From Abditibacteriaceae bacterium (GTDB taxonomy: Bacteria > Armatimonadota > Abditibacteriia > Abditibacteriales > Abditibacteriaceae), in the NCBI GenBank assembly GCA_031372065.1, contig JANMKN010000198.1, forward strand, positions 1 to 38,732: a DNA stretch of 38,732 nucleotides. The letters are read 5' to 3'. Position 1 is the first letter of the stretch. Each line of letters starts with the position of its first letter. The translations under genes and the position numbers were made by a program. The notes beneath the pieces were generated by a model. The model made no database searches. It worked only from the letters and a program-made list of their open reading frames with translations, and had not been told where the DNA came from. Positions 1-8,518 of this stretch are shown here, in pieces.

Positions 1-104
1 CGCACTTATGTCTTGTATGTCCTCACTTATTGATAAGTGTGCGCCTACAAGCGATAAGTGAGCCGCCACACGCGATAAGTGAGGACATACAAGACATAAG
101 TGCG
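1..104. repeat. Perfect 30-bp inverted repeat (1-30 vs 75-104)
   Basis: cgcacttatgtcttgtatgtcctcacttat (1-30) is the exact reverse complement of 75-104. Confidence 0.9.
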
Positions 105-313
105 CTCATGCAGGACATAAGTTTGCCCACACAAGAGACAAACGGGCCACAACACACGATTTGTAGGGGCAAAGATGACCCGGCCCTGCTGCCTGAATCG
201 TAGCGTGAACCGGAACAGGGATAAATCCCACCCCCACATTCGTTGCACGCGCCTCCGCAAGCCAAAAGTGCCCCGCTACAGGAGATAGGAAGGCCACCAC
301 AGACGATAGACAC
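23..313. repeat. Degenerate 21-bp tandem array (about 14 units); the minus strand reads as a Cys/Gly heptad ORF (xLIACGG-like)
   Basis: ATAAGT recurs at 33, 54, 75, 96 and 117, with in-register variants at 264, 285 and 306. ORF 23..313(-) parses into heptads, most with Cys at position 5. Confidence 0.8.
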
Positions 314-355
314 GCCGCCATAGGCTAAAAACGCCCTCGACGGGGCCTCAAAATC

Positions 356-1291
356 TCACGGCAACAACTGGCGACCTTTGAGGAAAGCCTGACGTTCTTT
401 CGGAGTTTGAATATGCAGGCTCAAGGCTTCATATAAGGCGTCCAAATTCGCGACCTGTTGACTCATGCGTTTCACCAAAACACGCGCTAAAGGCCCCATA
501 TATTCAGCGAACTGGCGCTCGACGGTGTGCAAAGTTTCGGCATCCCACGCAACCACGGGAGCCGCAGGGTCCACAGCCGCAGAAGGCGCGGTTTGTGGTT
601 TATCGCTTGTCAGACGGTTTGTCGCCTTGAAAAAACTCTGGCGCTCTGTGTCGTTATGCAAAAACTGGCTGACGGCCTGACATAACGATTTCGCATCGCG
701 GTTTTCTTGTGAGTGTTGCCGCACCAAAACACGCGCCATCGGGCCGACAAAAACCGTTAATTCACGTTCGATTTGCTGCAAAACCTCGGCGTCCCAAGCG
801 GTTTCTGCGACAGCCGAAATTGCCACTACGTTTCCTAAGAGGGACGAATCGGGCGTCGAAATTAATTCACTCGCCTCGTGGCGATTCGCGGCGTGCAATA
901 AGGCCGCAATCGTATCGGACAAGCGCTCAAGGTGCAATTCCATCGGCGGCGTCAGCGCGTCCAACCAATGCGGCGTGCCGATAAAATAGCGCATATGCTT
1001 GGAAAGACTCACATCTTCGATGCGGAGCGGCACCACAGGCAAGCCTTCGCCAACCGCGTTTTGGATTTCGCGCTTGACTTGCTCGGATTGGTTGGAGGCG
1101 CCCGACAAAATCAGCAAAAAGACTTTCGCAGAAGTCAGCGCATCAATGATGGCGTCGCTCCAATCCATGCCTGGAATAATGTCGCGCGGCGCGACCCAGC
1201 ACCGAATGCCGCGCCCTTCCAAAGTGGCGCAAACCGCATCGGCCAAAGGTTTGTCTATGGATGAGTAACTAACAAAAACGTCGTGAGCCAT
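356..1291 (-). CDS. TIR-domain protein with two C-terminal copies of a ~60-aa helical domain
   Basis: TIR motifs DVFVSYSS, CWVAPRDI.PG and S.QVKREI..A (catalytic-position Glu present). Repeats WDAEVLQQIERELTVFVGPMARVLV and WDAETLHTVERQFAEYMGPLARVLV. Confidence 0.9.
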   Translation of the reverse strand: MAHDVFVSYSSIDKPLADAVCATLEGRGIRCWVAPRDIIPGMDWSDAIIDALTSAKVFLLILSGASNQSEQVKREIQNAVGEGLPVVPLRIEDVSLSKHMRYFIGTPHWLDALTPPMELHLERLSDTIAALLHAANRHEASELISTPDSSLLGNVVAISAVAETAWDAEVLQQIERELTVFVGPMARVLVRQHSQENRDAKSLCQAVSQFLHNDTERQSFFKATNRLTSDKPQTAPSAAVDPAAPVVAWDAETLHTVERQFAEYMGPLARVLVKRMSQQVANLDALYEALSLHIQTPKERQAFLKGRQLLP

Positions 1292-1410
1292 GATGATTTG
1301 GAAACTTGGGACGAAGCACTCTCCTCACGAAAAGGCCTCGCTTAATTCAACACCGATTATGACATAATAGCGGCTCTGATGGCAGATAAAGCCACAAAAA
1401 CGGGAGAAGA

Positions 1411-1752
1411 TTATGGAGTGGAAGAAGTTTCCACCAAGTGTGTAACATCGTCCGGGGAAGACTCGTTTTGCGATTTTTCGATGAGATAGCCCATCGCCAG
1501 AATCGCTTTGACGACTTGCTGCACTACCACACGGTCATAATGTTTTTCCATTTCCGAAAGGTCTTCGTAAAGCACCAAACAAGGATGTTCCTTGAGCGCA
1601 TCATTGCGAGCCGGGCCATAACGCCAGCCATCCGAGATGCGCTGATTCGCCCATACATCATGTGTGTTGCGAGCGAGCTTTTCCAAAAGCTCCTCCATGT
1701 CGTGGTCTAACGCAATGTGAGATGTGTCAAGGGGTGCCGGTCGGTATTCCAA
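1411..1752 (-). CDS. Stand-alone RyR (ryanodine receptor repeat) domain protein
   Basis: YRPAPLDTS...LARNTHDVWA..RI.DGWRYG..RND..KEHPCLV.YEDL.E.EK.YDR matches the RyR signature. TTG start preceded by GGAGG. Confidence 0.9.
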   Translation of the reverse strand: MEYRPAPLDTSHIALDHDMEELLEKLARNTHDVWANQRISDGWRYGPARNDALKEHPCLVLYEDLSEMEKHYDRVVVQQVVKAILAMGYLIEKSQNESSPDDVTHLVETSSTP

Positions 1753-1843
1753 AAAAAACCTCCTGAAACGCGTGAAGAAAAACGGGCGTGTGGTTATTTA
1801 TAGCGTTACTCAAAATGCCATTTCTGACAATGGAAGCAATAAG

Positions 1844-2227
1844 TCAATCGCCCATCATGCGACGAAAGCGTGCTTCTTGATCGCCGGACGCCTGAGAAGG
1901 TTTAATTTCCGCGTTGGCATCGCGCAAGGGCTGCACTTCACGATAAACAGCGATGTCGCGCGGCGTTTGATCCCATTTTTCGCGGCGCTGAAATAAAGCA
2001 AAAAAGCCCAATCCGAGGCGCCATTTCACGCGGTCTTGATGGCAAACGACCCATTGGCGCACTCCGACACTGACGGTTTCGCCGGGCGCGCCGCAAACCG
2101 GGCAAAAGCCGTAATCATCTTTGTCGCCATAAGCGCCTTGCGCCTCGTAATCTTCTTCGCTGACGAATTCTTCGTTGGAATCATCAAATTCGTCATCGAA
2201 AGCGTCCCGTGATTGATTCATAACCAT
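1844..2227 (-). CDS. Hypothetical protein with acidic N-terminus and possible zinc ribbon
   Basis: 127-aa ORF with a D/E-rich start followed by CPVC...VVCH. Confidence 0.6.
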   Translation of the reverse strand: MVMNQSRDAFDDEFDDSNEEFVSEEDYEAQGAYGDKDDYGFCPVCGAPGETVSVGVRQWVVCHQDRVKWRLGLGFFALFQRREKWDQTPRDIAVYREVQPLRDANAEIKPSQASGDQEARFRRMMGD

Positions 2228-2271
2228 TCACCCCTATAATTTGTCGTTGGCCTATCGTATACAATAAAGAC

Positions 2272-3072
2272 ATGACCGAACGCGCCGCGTGGTATTCACC
2301 TTATCAAGAAATGCTGATGGAAATCTTCAGTTTTTTCGGTTCGCTGGTAATGCTGGGCGCTGAAAGTTTCGGTTGTATGCTGCGCGGTGCGGTTTCCTAC
2401 AAAAACTTGATTCGCCAGATGGCCGAAATTGGTGTCGGCTCGCTGATGGTGGCCGTTGTCACCGTTGGCTTTTCCGGCGCCGTGACGGCGCTGTATATTT
2501 CGATTCAATTGGTGAAATACGGCCAGCCCAATTTAGTCGGCGGCATTGTCGGCAAAAGTCTGGCGCTGGAAATCGCGCCGGTGATTACCGCCATTGTAGT
2601 GGCCGCGCGCTCCGGCTCGGCCATGGCTGCCGAACTCGGTTCGATGACCGTGACCGAGCAAGTGGATGCTCTGCGCGCTTTGGCAACCAGTCCAGTGCAA
2701 TATTTGGTGGTGCCGCGCGTTTTGGGCAGCATCATCATGCTGCCTCTGATTACCGTGATTGCCAACGTGGCGGGTGTTTTTGGCGGCTATTTGGCGTCTA
2801 CCGTCAATGGCGTTTCGGCAACGCAGTTTATGACTTCGTTCCAAGACTACACCTATATCACCGATCAAGCCAATGGCCTTGTGAAAACGTTATCTTTCGC
2901 CTTGTTAATTTCGCTAATTGGTTGTCGCCAAGGCTTGACAACTACCGGAGGCGCTAAAGGCGTGGGCCGTGCGACAACTTCGGCTGTCGTTTTCTCCATG
3001 ATCGCGGTTTATGTGTTGGATTTCTTCCTTTCCAGCATTCTGCAAGATGTTTCGATAGAATTGACAGGGTAG
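2272..3072 (+). CDS. mlaE: MlaE-family ABC permease
   Basis: EIAPVITAIVVAARSGSAMAAELGSM.VTEQVDALRAL...P..YLVVPR and GGAKGVGRATT.AVV motifs. Confidence 0.95.
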   Translation: MTERAAWYSPYQEMLMEIFSFFGSLVMLGAESFGCMLRGAVSYKNLIRQMAEIGVGSLMVAVVTVGFSGAVTALYISIQLVKYGQPNLVGGIVGKSLALEIAPVITAIVVAARSGSAMAAELGSMTVTEQVDALRALATSPVQYLVVPRVLGSIIMLPLITVIANVAGVFGGYLASTVNGVSATQFMTSFQDYTYITDQANGLVKTLSFALLISLIGCRQGLTTTGGAKGVGRATTSAVVFSMIAVYVLDFFLSSILQDVSIELTG

Positions 3073-3078
3073 TTTTTT

Positions 3079-3151
3079 TTGGCCTTTGGTTTTGGGACTT
3101 TGGTTTTACCAACCCCAAAACCTAAAACCTAAAACCCAAGACCAAAAATCC
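3079..3151. repeat. Intergenic heptamer-based inverted repeat element (copy 1)
   Basis: TTTGG-rich 7-mers followed by CCAAAA/CCTAAAA 7-mers. The reverse complement resembles 5882-5939. Confidence 0.7.
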
Positions 3152-3943
3152 ATGATTGAATTTCGCAACGTTACTTACACGGTTCCAGCAGGCCTTGAAG
3201 ACGACCCGGAAACTCCTTTCGATGAGCGGCTGACGCGTCGCTATATTTTGAATGACGTTTCGTTCTTCGTCCCGGCACGCTCCATTACCTGCATCATGGG
3301 CGTTTCTGGCACTGGCAAAACCACTTTGCTGCGTTTGATGGCTGGTTTGCTCAAACCCGATAGCGGCGAAGTTTTAATCAACGGACGCGATGTTGTGCCA
3401 ATGAAAGAAAAGGAATTGAACGAAGTGCGCCGAAACATGGGTTTCGTTTTTCAATACGGCGCGCTGTTCGATTCGCTGAACATTGGCCAAAATGTCGGCT
3501 TTGGCCTCACGCAAATGAAGCGGCCCAAAAAAGAAATCAAAGAAATCGTAGCGGCGCGATTGGCGGAAGTTGGTCTCGTGGACGTCGAAGATAAACTTCC
3601 CTCGGAATTATCGGGTGGAATGCGCAAACGCGCGGCGATGGCCCGCGCCTTGGCGACTAATCCCGAAATTGTGCTTTACGACGAGCCAACCAGCGGCCTT
3701 GACCCGGTAATGGCCCGCGTGATAGACGATTTGATCGTCAATTTGCGTGACCGCGCGGGCACAACTAACGTGATTGTGTCGCATCATCTGACCTCGATTT
3801 TGCGCATCAGCGACAACGTAATGATGCTGCACAACGCCAAATTCGTCGTCGAAGGCACGCCAGCCGAAGTGCAAAAAAGCAACGACCCTGTTGTGCGCCA
3901 GTTTCTGGAAGGTCAAGCCAAAGGGCCTATTACGGTCAGATAA
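3152..3943 (+). CDS. mlaF: MlaF-family ABC ATPase
   Basis: Walker A GVSGTGKT, FQYGALFDS, LSGGMRKR and LYDEPTSGLDP. Start placed at ATG 3152 because the upstream extension is repeat-derived. Confidence 0.95.
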   Translation: MIEFRNVTYTVPAGLEDDPETPFDERLTRRYILNDVSFFVPARSITCIMGVSGTGKTTLLRLMAGLLKPDSGEVLINGRDVVPMKEKELNEVRRNMGFVFQYGALFDSLNIGQNVGFGLTQMKRPKKEIKEIVAARLAEVGLVDVEDKLPSELSGGMRKRAAMARALATNPEIVLYDEPTSGLDPVMARVIDDLIVNLRDRAGTTNVIVSHHLTSILRISDNVMMLHNAKFVVEGTPAEVQKSNDPVVRQFLEGQAKGPITVR

Positions 3944-3969
3944 GTTGTAGGTTAGTGGCGAAGGAATTT

Positions 3970-5868
3970 ATGAAAAACGAAGCACGCGTTGGGATTGTGG
4001 TTTTTATAGCTCTGGCGACGATGGTCGTAGGCTATTTTTATTTGCGCGGCTTAGGGCTGACATCGGATAAATACTATCTGCGCCTAATAGGTGCCTCGCA
4101 CATCGCGCCGGGCAATGAAGTGCGCTTACAAGGCGTAAAAATCGGTCAAGTGCTGGAAGTGGCCTTAGACGAAGGACAGAAGCCGCTAATAACTGTCGCG
4201 GTTAAGCGCAGCGGTGCGCCACTTCAGCTTTTGAAATCTTATAAATACACCCTGCAATCCAGCACGCTGATCGGCGAAAATGTGGTGGATGTTCGCGGCC
4301 CGTTTCGTGTGGATGCCGAAGCGTATGAGCCAAATAATCCAAGGGTCGTGATTCCAGTCACGTCTGCCGGGCCGTTAGCCGCTGTGACCGATCAAGCCAC
4401 CTTGCTGATTGGCGAAATGCGCGGCACGTTGGACAAATTGAATACCACGATTGAACGCATTAACACAGGAGTTTTATCCAACAACAACCAATTGAAAATC
4501 GCCCGCGCGCTGGATAACGTCGCCAAACTGACGCAGGAAGCGCGGCGCGGATTTGGCCCCGAAGGAATTCGAGTTGGTTTAGGCGACCCCAAAGCGCGCC
4601 AGGGTCTCAACGATACCTTGCAAAACACGGCTTTTGCTGCCAAACAAGCGGGCGCTGCCGCTGGTGATTTGCGCTTGATGGCTGCTGATCTGAAAAACAT
4701 TGTGGGCACCAACAAAGGTCAAATTGGCAGTTTGATGAGCGGCCTCAACAAAACCGCCTCCGAAGTCGGCGGTTTGGCGCAAAGCCTGTCATTTTTAGTA
4801 AAAAACGGCGGCTTGCAAGAAAATCTCAATGGCACTTTGCTCGCGGCCCGTAAAGCGGCGGAAAATGTCGAAGCGATGACGGCCAGTTTCAAAAAGGGCA
4901 CCGGCGAAGGCACGCAAAGCGATATTCAAGCGACTTTGGCCTCGGCGCGGCGCGCCGCTGAAAACATCGAAGCGGCCACTGGCGCTTTGAAAGCTTTTAG
5001 CGATGCCGACACGCAAAAAACCCTGCGTTCGGCCATTGTTTCGCTGACCGATACCGCTAATTCGCTCAAAATCACCGCTGACGCCATAAAAACCACGATT
5101 ACCGACCCCGATTCGCAAAAGCAACTCAAAAGCACGCTGACAACAATTAATCAAGCAACGACTTCACTTGCGGCCACAGCCGACAACATGAAAGAGGCCA
5201 GCGCCGGATTCAAAAACATTTTGGCCGACGAAAAATTGCAAGCCGATTTAAAAGCGCTTCCTTCGTCTCTGCGTGCCAGCAGCGAAGAATTACAAAAAAC
5301 CCTCGCAGCTACGCGCGGCACCGCGCAATCGTTTCAAAACTTGGCCGATAACGTCAGCGGTCTTTTGCCGCGATCACGGCGGCGCAATACCAATCAAACG
5401 CCGCCCGCACCGGGCACCAAACCGATTTCCAAGCCGGGCACGGAGTTTCCCAGCGGGCCGTATCTTACTTATCGCAACCTGTCGAATTTCGGTGGCAAGC
5501 CGCGCATCGGTGCCGATGTAGCGCAAAACGCTTACGGCGACCTCGGTTTCGACGCCACTTTATTCGGCGGGCCATTGCGTTTGGGCGTTTCCAACATCGG
5601 CGATGGCTCCGATTTAACGCTGCAAACGGGCCAGTATTTGGGCAAAGGCGTGGCCTTGCGCTACGGCATTTATCGCTCAGAGATTGGCGCGGGCGTCGAA
5701 CTGCGCAAAGGGCGGTTTTTCGTGGAAGGCAACGCGTGGGACTTGAACGATGGCTCGTATAATGCTTTAGTCGGCGTGAAAATCACGCCGCAAGTTGAAC
5801 TGTTTGGCGGGCGCGAAAGCATCCGGGGCGTGCATTCGACGGCACTCGGTGTTAGACTACGGCCCTGA
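3970..5868 (+). CDS. mlaD: MlaD/MCE protein with long helical region and C-terminal beta-strand-rich domain
   Basis: N-terminal TM, MCE motif G.EVRLQGVKIGQV, Ala/Thr-rich helical repeats and alternating Gly/aromatic strands at the C-terminus. AAGGA precedes ATG 3970. Confidence 0.9.
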   Translation: MKNEARVGIVVFIALATMVVGYFYLRGLGLTSDKYYLRLIGASHIAPGNEVRLQGVKIGQVLEVALDEGQKPLITVAVKRSGAPLQLLKSYKYTLQSSTLIGENVVDVRGPFRVDAEAYEPNNPRVVIPVTSAGPLAAVTDQATLLIGEMRGTLDKLNTTIERINTGVLSNNNQLKIARALDNVAKLTQEARRGFGPEGIRVGLGDPKARQGLNDTLQNTAFAAKQAGAAAGDLRLMAADLKNIVGTNKGQIGSLMSGLNKTASEVGGLAQSLSFLVKNGGLQENLNGTLLAARKAAENVEAMTASFKKGTGEGTQSDIQATLASARRAAENIEAATGALKAFSDADTQKTLRSAIVSLTDTANSLKITADAIKTTITDPDSQKQLKSTLTTINQATTSLAATADNMKEASAGFKNILADEKLQADLKALPSSLRASSEELQKTLAATRGTAQSFQNLADNVSGLLPRSRRRNTNQTPPAPGTKPISKPGTEFPSGPYLTYRNLSNFGGKPRIGADVAQNAYGDLGFDATLFGGPLRLGVSNIGDGSDLTLQTGQYLGKGVALRYGIYRSEIGAGVELRKGRFFVEGNAWDLNDGSYNALVGVKITPQVELFGGRESIRGVHSTALGVRLRP

Positions 5869-5881
5869 TTTTTAAGAGTGA

Positions 5882-5939
5882 GGTTTTTGGTCTTGGTTTT
5901 TGGTTTTTGGTTTCGTCCAAAGTCCAAAGTCCAAAGTCC
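5882..5939. repeat. Intergenic heptamer-based inverted repeat element (copy 2)
   Basis: About four GGTTTTT-like units followed by three CCAAAGT units. Confidence 0.75.
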
Positions 5940-5949
5940 ACAGGACAAA

Positions 5950-6450
5950 ATGAAAGTAATTCTGACGCAAGATGTAGAAAATTTGGGCGGCACACATGAC
6001 GTTGTGGAAGTCGCTGATGGCTATGCGCGCAACTATTTAGTGCCGCGCAGCTTGGCGATTTCCGCCAACAAAAGCGCGATGGCGAATCTCGACAACCTGA
6101 AAAAAGTCGAAGACCGTCGCCAGAACCGTTTGCGCGGCGCCGCGCAGATTCAAGCCGACAAACTCAACGGCAAAACGCTGATTGTGGAAGCCCATACTGG
6201 CAAAGAAGGCCGTTTGTATGGCTCAATTACCAGCGGCGACATCGCCGACGCGCTCAAAAAGCAGTTCGATGTCGAAGTTGATCGCAAGCAAGTGTCCTTG
6301 GGCGACACCATTCGCATGGCTGGCGTCCACGCCGTGCCGGTCAATTTGCACCGCGATGTTAAAGTGCAAGTCGCCGTGCAAGTGGGCGACCTCTCACAAT
6401 TGCCCGCCGTCGCAGAAGCCCCCGCCGAAACTGCCGAAGTCGCTGCCTAA
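5950..6450 (+). CDS. rplI: 50S ribosomal protein L9
   Basis: MKVILTQDVENLG...VEVADGYARNYLVP and GRLYGSIT..DI motifs. Confidence 0.97.
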   Translation: MKVILTQDVENLGGTHDVVEVADGYARNYLVPRSLAISANKSAMANLDNLKKVEDRRQNRLRGAAQIQADKLNGKTLIVEAHTGKEGRLYGSITSGDIADALKKQFDVEVDRKQVSLGDTIRMAGVHAVPVNLHRDVKVQVAVQVGDLSQLPAVAEAPAETAEVAA

Positions 6451-6466
6451 AGCACTTCGCACAAGC

Positions 6467-6501
6467 AAAAAGCCCCGTTCTCAAAGGAGAGCGGGGCTTT
6501 T
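6467..6501. terminator. Bidirectional intrinsic terminator
   Basis: AAAAAGCCCCGTTCTC-loop-GAGAGCGGGGCTTTT hairpin between convergent genes. Confidence 0.85.
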
Positions 6502-6523
6502 GGTTTTGGCTTACAGTAACTTA

Positions 6524-7519
6524 CTAAACAAGAGCAGTTTTATCCTTGTCTTTCGTAGTTTTTGTGCTTGTATTATTTGGTTTGGCAGAGTGCTGCAAAA
6601 CCCCACAGATCACGAATATTATAAACAAACAAAGAAAAGCCAAGACGAAATACAAAAAGTACTGAAAAAGCCACTCAATCAATGCCGCAAAAGACAACCA
6701 CAGGACTGATAGCGTGCGCCAAAATGTCCAACCTTCGCTTTGGTAACTTTTAGTCGCGGCATCATAGTAAATATGCACATAGCCGCTCATAGCTTTTGGC
6801 TGACTGTAATTTGGATATAAAACGGAGATGTCTGTAGCGCCATTTCGTTGAATCTTCAAGGTGGTTAATGAAAGTGGCGTGTAGGTCGACTTCTCCATGT
6901 AGTAACTCCAAAAATAACGCGGGCGACCATTGACGATTTCATACCCACAGACCGATTCCGCAGTGCTTTCATCCCTGCCATACCTCTGGTAGACATGGTC
7001 TAAAACCATGTCTAAATGCCCGTCGTCATTCAAATCGGTTGCCATCAAACTTACAGTTGATTCATCATCAATAAATGTGTTATTAGCTCTGAGAAATTTT
7101 GTTTGAAAATTGTGACCTTTTAACTTTATCGTCTTCGCTAATTCTTCAGGTGCAATGAATTTAAAGTATTGCAGGTCTTTTAGGGGTAGAGTGTCTAATG
7201 GCCCCGTTTCATACGAGCAATCAGGCGGGCAGACGGATAAATTAGCGATTTTAAATTCTTTGCTGTCCAACTGAACCAAGAAAAAAGTGTCATCCCAATC
7301 TTTTGACTCGTAAATACTCGCATTAGGAACGTCCAGCCGTTTCTTGACCAGCGCAAAGTGTTGGCCTATATCAACCGGCAAAGGGCCGTTACGCCACGGC
7401 GCTTGCCACCAACTCAATAGCAGCAAAAAAACACAACCCGAAAAGCCTGTTGCCAAAACGAGTTTTAACGATTTGCTTCTCTGGTTTGCGTTTTTGCGAG
7501 ATGAAATGCGCATTGCCAA
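6524..7519 (-). CDS. Hypothetical membrane protein with FG-GAP-like DxNxDG motif
   Basis: Hydrophobic N-terminal and C-terminal segments and DLNDDGHLD. AT-richer than its neighbours. Confidence 0.7.
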   Translation of the reverse strand: MAMRISSRKNANQRSKSLKLVLATGFSGCVFLLLLSWWQAPWRNGPLPVDIGQHFALVKKRLDVPNASIYESKDWDDTFFLVQLDSKEFKIANLSVCPPDCSYETGPLDTLPLKDLQYFKFIAPEELAKTIKLKGHNFQTKFLRANNTFIDDESTVSLMATDLNDDGHLDMVLDHVYQRYGRDESTAESVCGYEIVNGRPRYFWSYYMEKSTYTPLSLTTLKIQRNGATDISVLYPNYSQPKAMSGYVHIYYDAATKSYQSEGWTFWRTLSVLWLSFAALIEWLFQYFLYFVLAFLCLFIIFVICGVLQHSAKPNNTSTKTTKDKDKTALV

Positions 7520-7543
7520 CTATAAAAGTCTACTCGCCACAAC

Positions 7544-8356
7544 TTACGAAGGAGTGGTGTCATCTTTCGGTAAATCTTCGATCATGTCACCGGAGTGCAT
7601 CGTTTCAATCGGTGCGTGATGGAAAGGCGATTCGGTGGTGGTTGGGGCAAGCGGCACGGCTGCGGTTTTCGGTTTTTCGTCTTCGGGCGCGCTTTCGACC
7701 TGACTTTGCGCGCTGAGATAAGCGGCAGCGCGGCGCGCGGCTTCGAGGCGGGCACGCTGCGAAGGGCCGGGCGAGGCTTGGCGCATTTCGCTGGGCAAAG
7801 CGGGCGCATCAGTGCGCTCCGCGCCGCCGGGCATGAAACATTGGTTATACAACTGCATACTGCGCGCGATGACGTTGTGCGCGTCCACGCGTCCGAAAAA
7901 ACGCTCAATGCGCACTTGTTTGTTTTCCAACGCCTTGTAATCTTCAAAAAAGCGTTGCAATTCGGCCAAAGTGTGTTCGGGAAGGTGCGAAATGTCGCGA
8001 AAGTGCGTGAAAGCCGGGTCGTGTTCGTGAATCGCGATGATCTTGTCGTCTTCTTCATCCTGGTCAATCATCTGCATCACGCCGATGGGCCGCGCGGTCA
8101 CAATGCACATCGGCACAACGGGTTCCTGACCCAAAACTAAAATGTCCAAAGGGTCGTGGTCGTCGCAGTAAGTGCGCGGAATAAAGCCATAATTGGCCGG
8201 ATAAAACACTGCCGAATACAGCACACGATCCAAACGCAAGAGGCCGCTTTTTTTGTCGAGTTCGTATTTGTTGCGACTGCCGCGCGGGACTTCGATGATG
8301 CAATCTATGATTTCCGGCGCGCGTTTGCCGGTGTCTATATCGTGCCAAGGATTCAT
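7544..8356 (-). CDS. ppa: Inorganic pyrophosphatase (family I) with low-complexity C-terminal extension
   Basis: [19 protein letters not shown]...[16 protein letters not shown] and DDKII motifs. Start set at MNPWHD. Confidence 0.95.
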   Translation of the reverse strand: MNPWHDIDTGKRAPEIIDCIIEVPRGSRNKYELDKKSGLLRLDRVLYSAVFYPANYGFIPRTYCDDHDPLDILVLGQEPVVPMCIVTARPIGVMQMIDQDEEDDKIIAIHEHDPAFTHFRDISHLPEHTLAELQRFFEDYKALENKQVRIERFFGRVDAHNVIARSMQLYNQCFMPGGAERTDAPALPSEMRQASPGPSQRARLEAARRAAAYLSAQSQVESAPEDEKPKTAAVPLAPTTTESPFHHAPIETMHSGDMIEDLPKDDTTPS

Positions 8357-8518
8357 GAATATTGAAAGAAGACCACTCAAGTCACGGCCAGCAGAGTTCT
8401 TGCCTTTAAGGATGCCGCAAATGGCAGGCCTTGCGCAACCACCAGAATGTTTCAAACCGCGCGCTCTTATTAAACGGAGAAATTGCGAGGGCGCGAGGAA
8501 ACCGCTACAATCATTGTG

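Noticed and set aside
23..313. CRISPR array
   Set aside because: It is a degenerate tandem repeat with no repeat-spacer structure.
3086..3151. N-terminal extensions of MlaF (and of L9 at 5878-5949)
   Set aside because: They are translations of the heptamer repeats; the family-typical starts are at 3152 and 5950.
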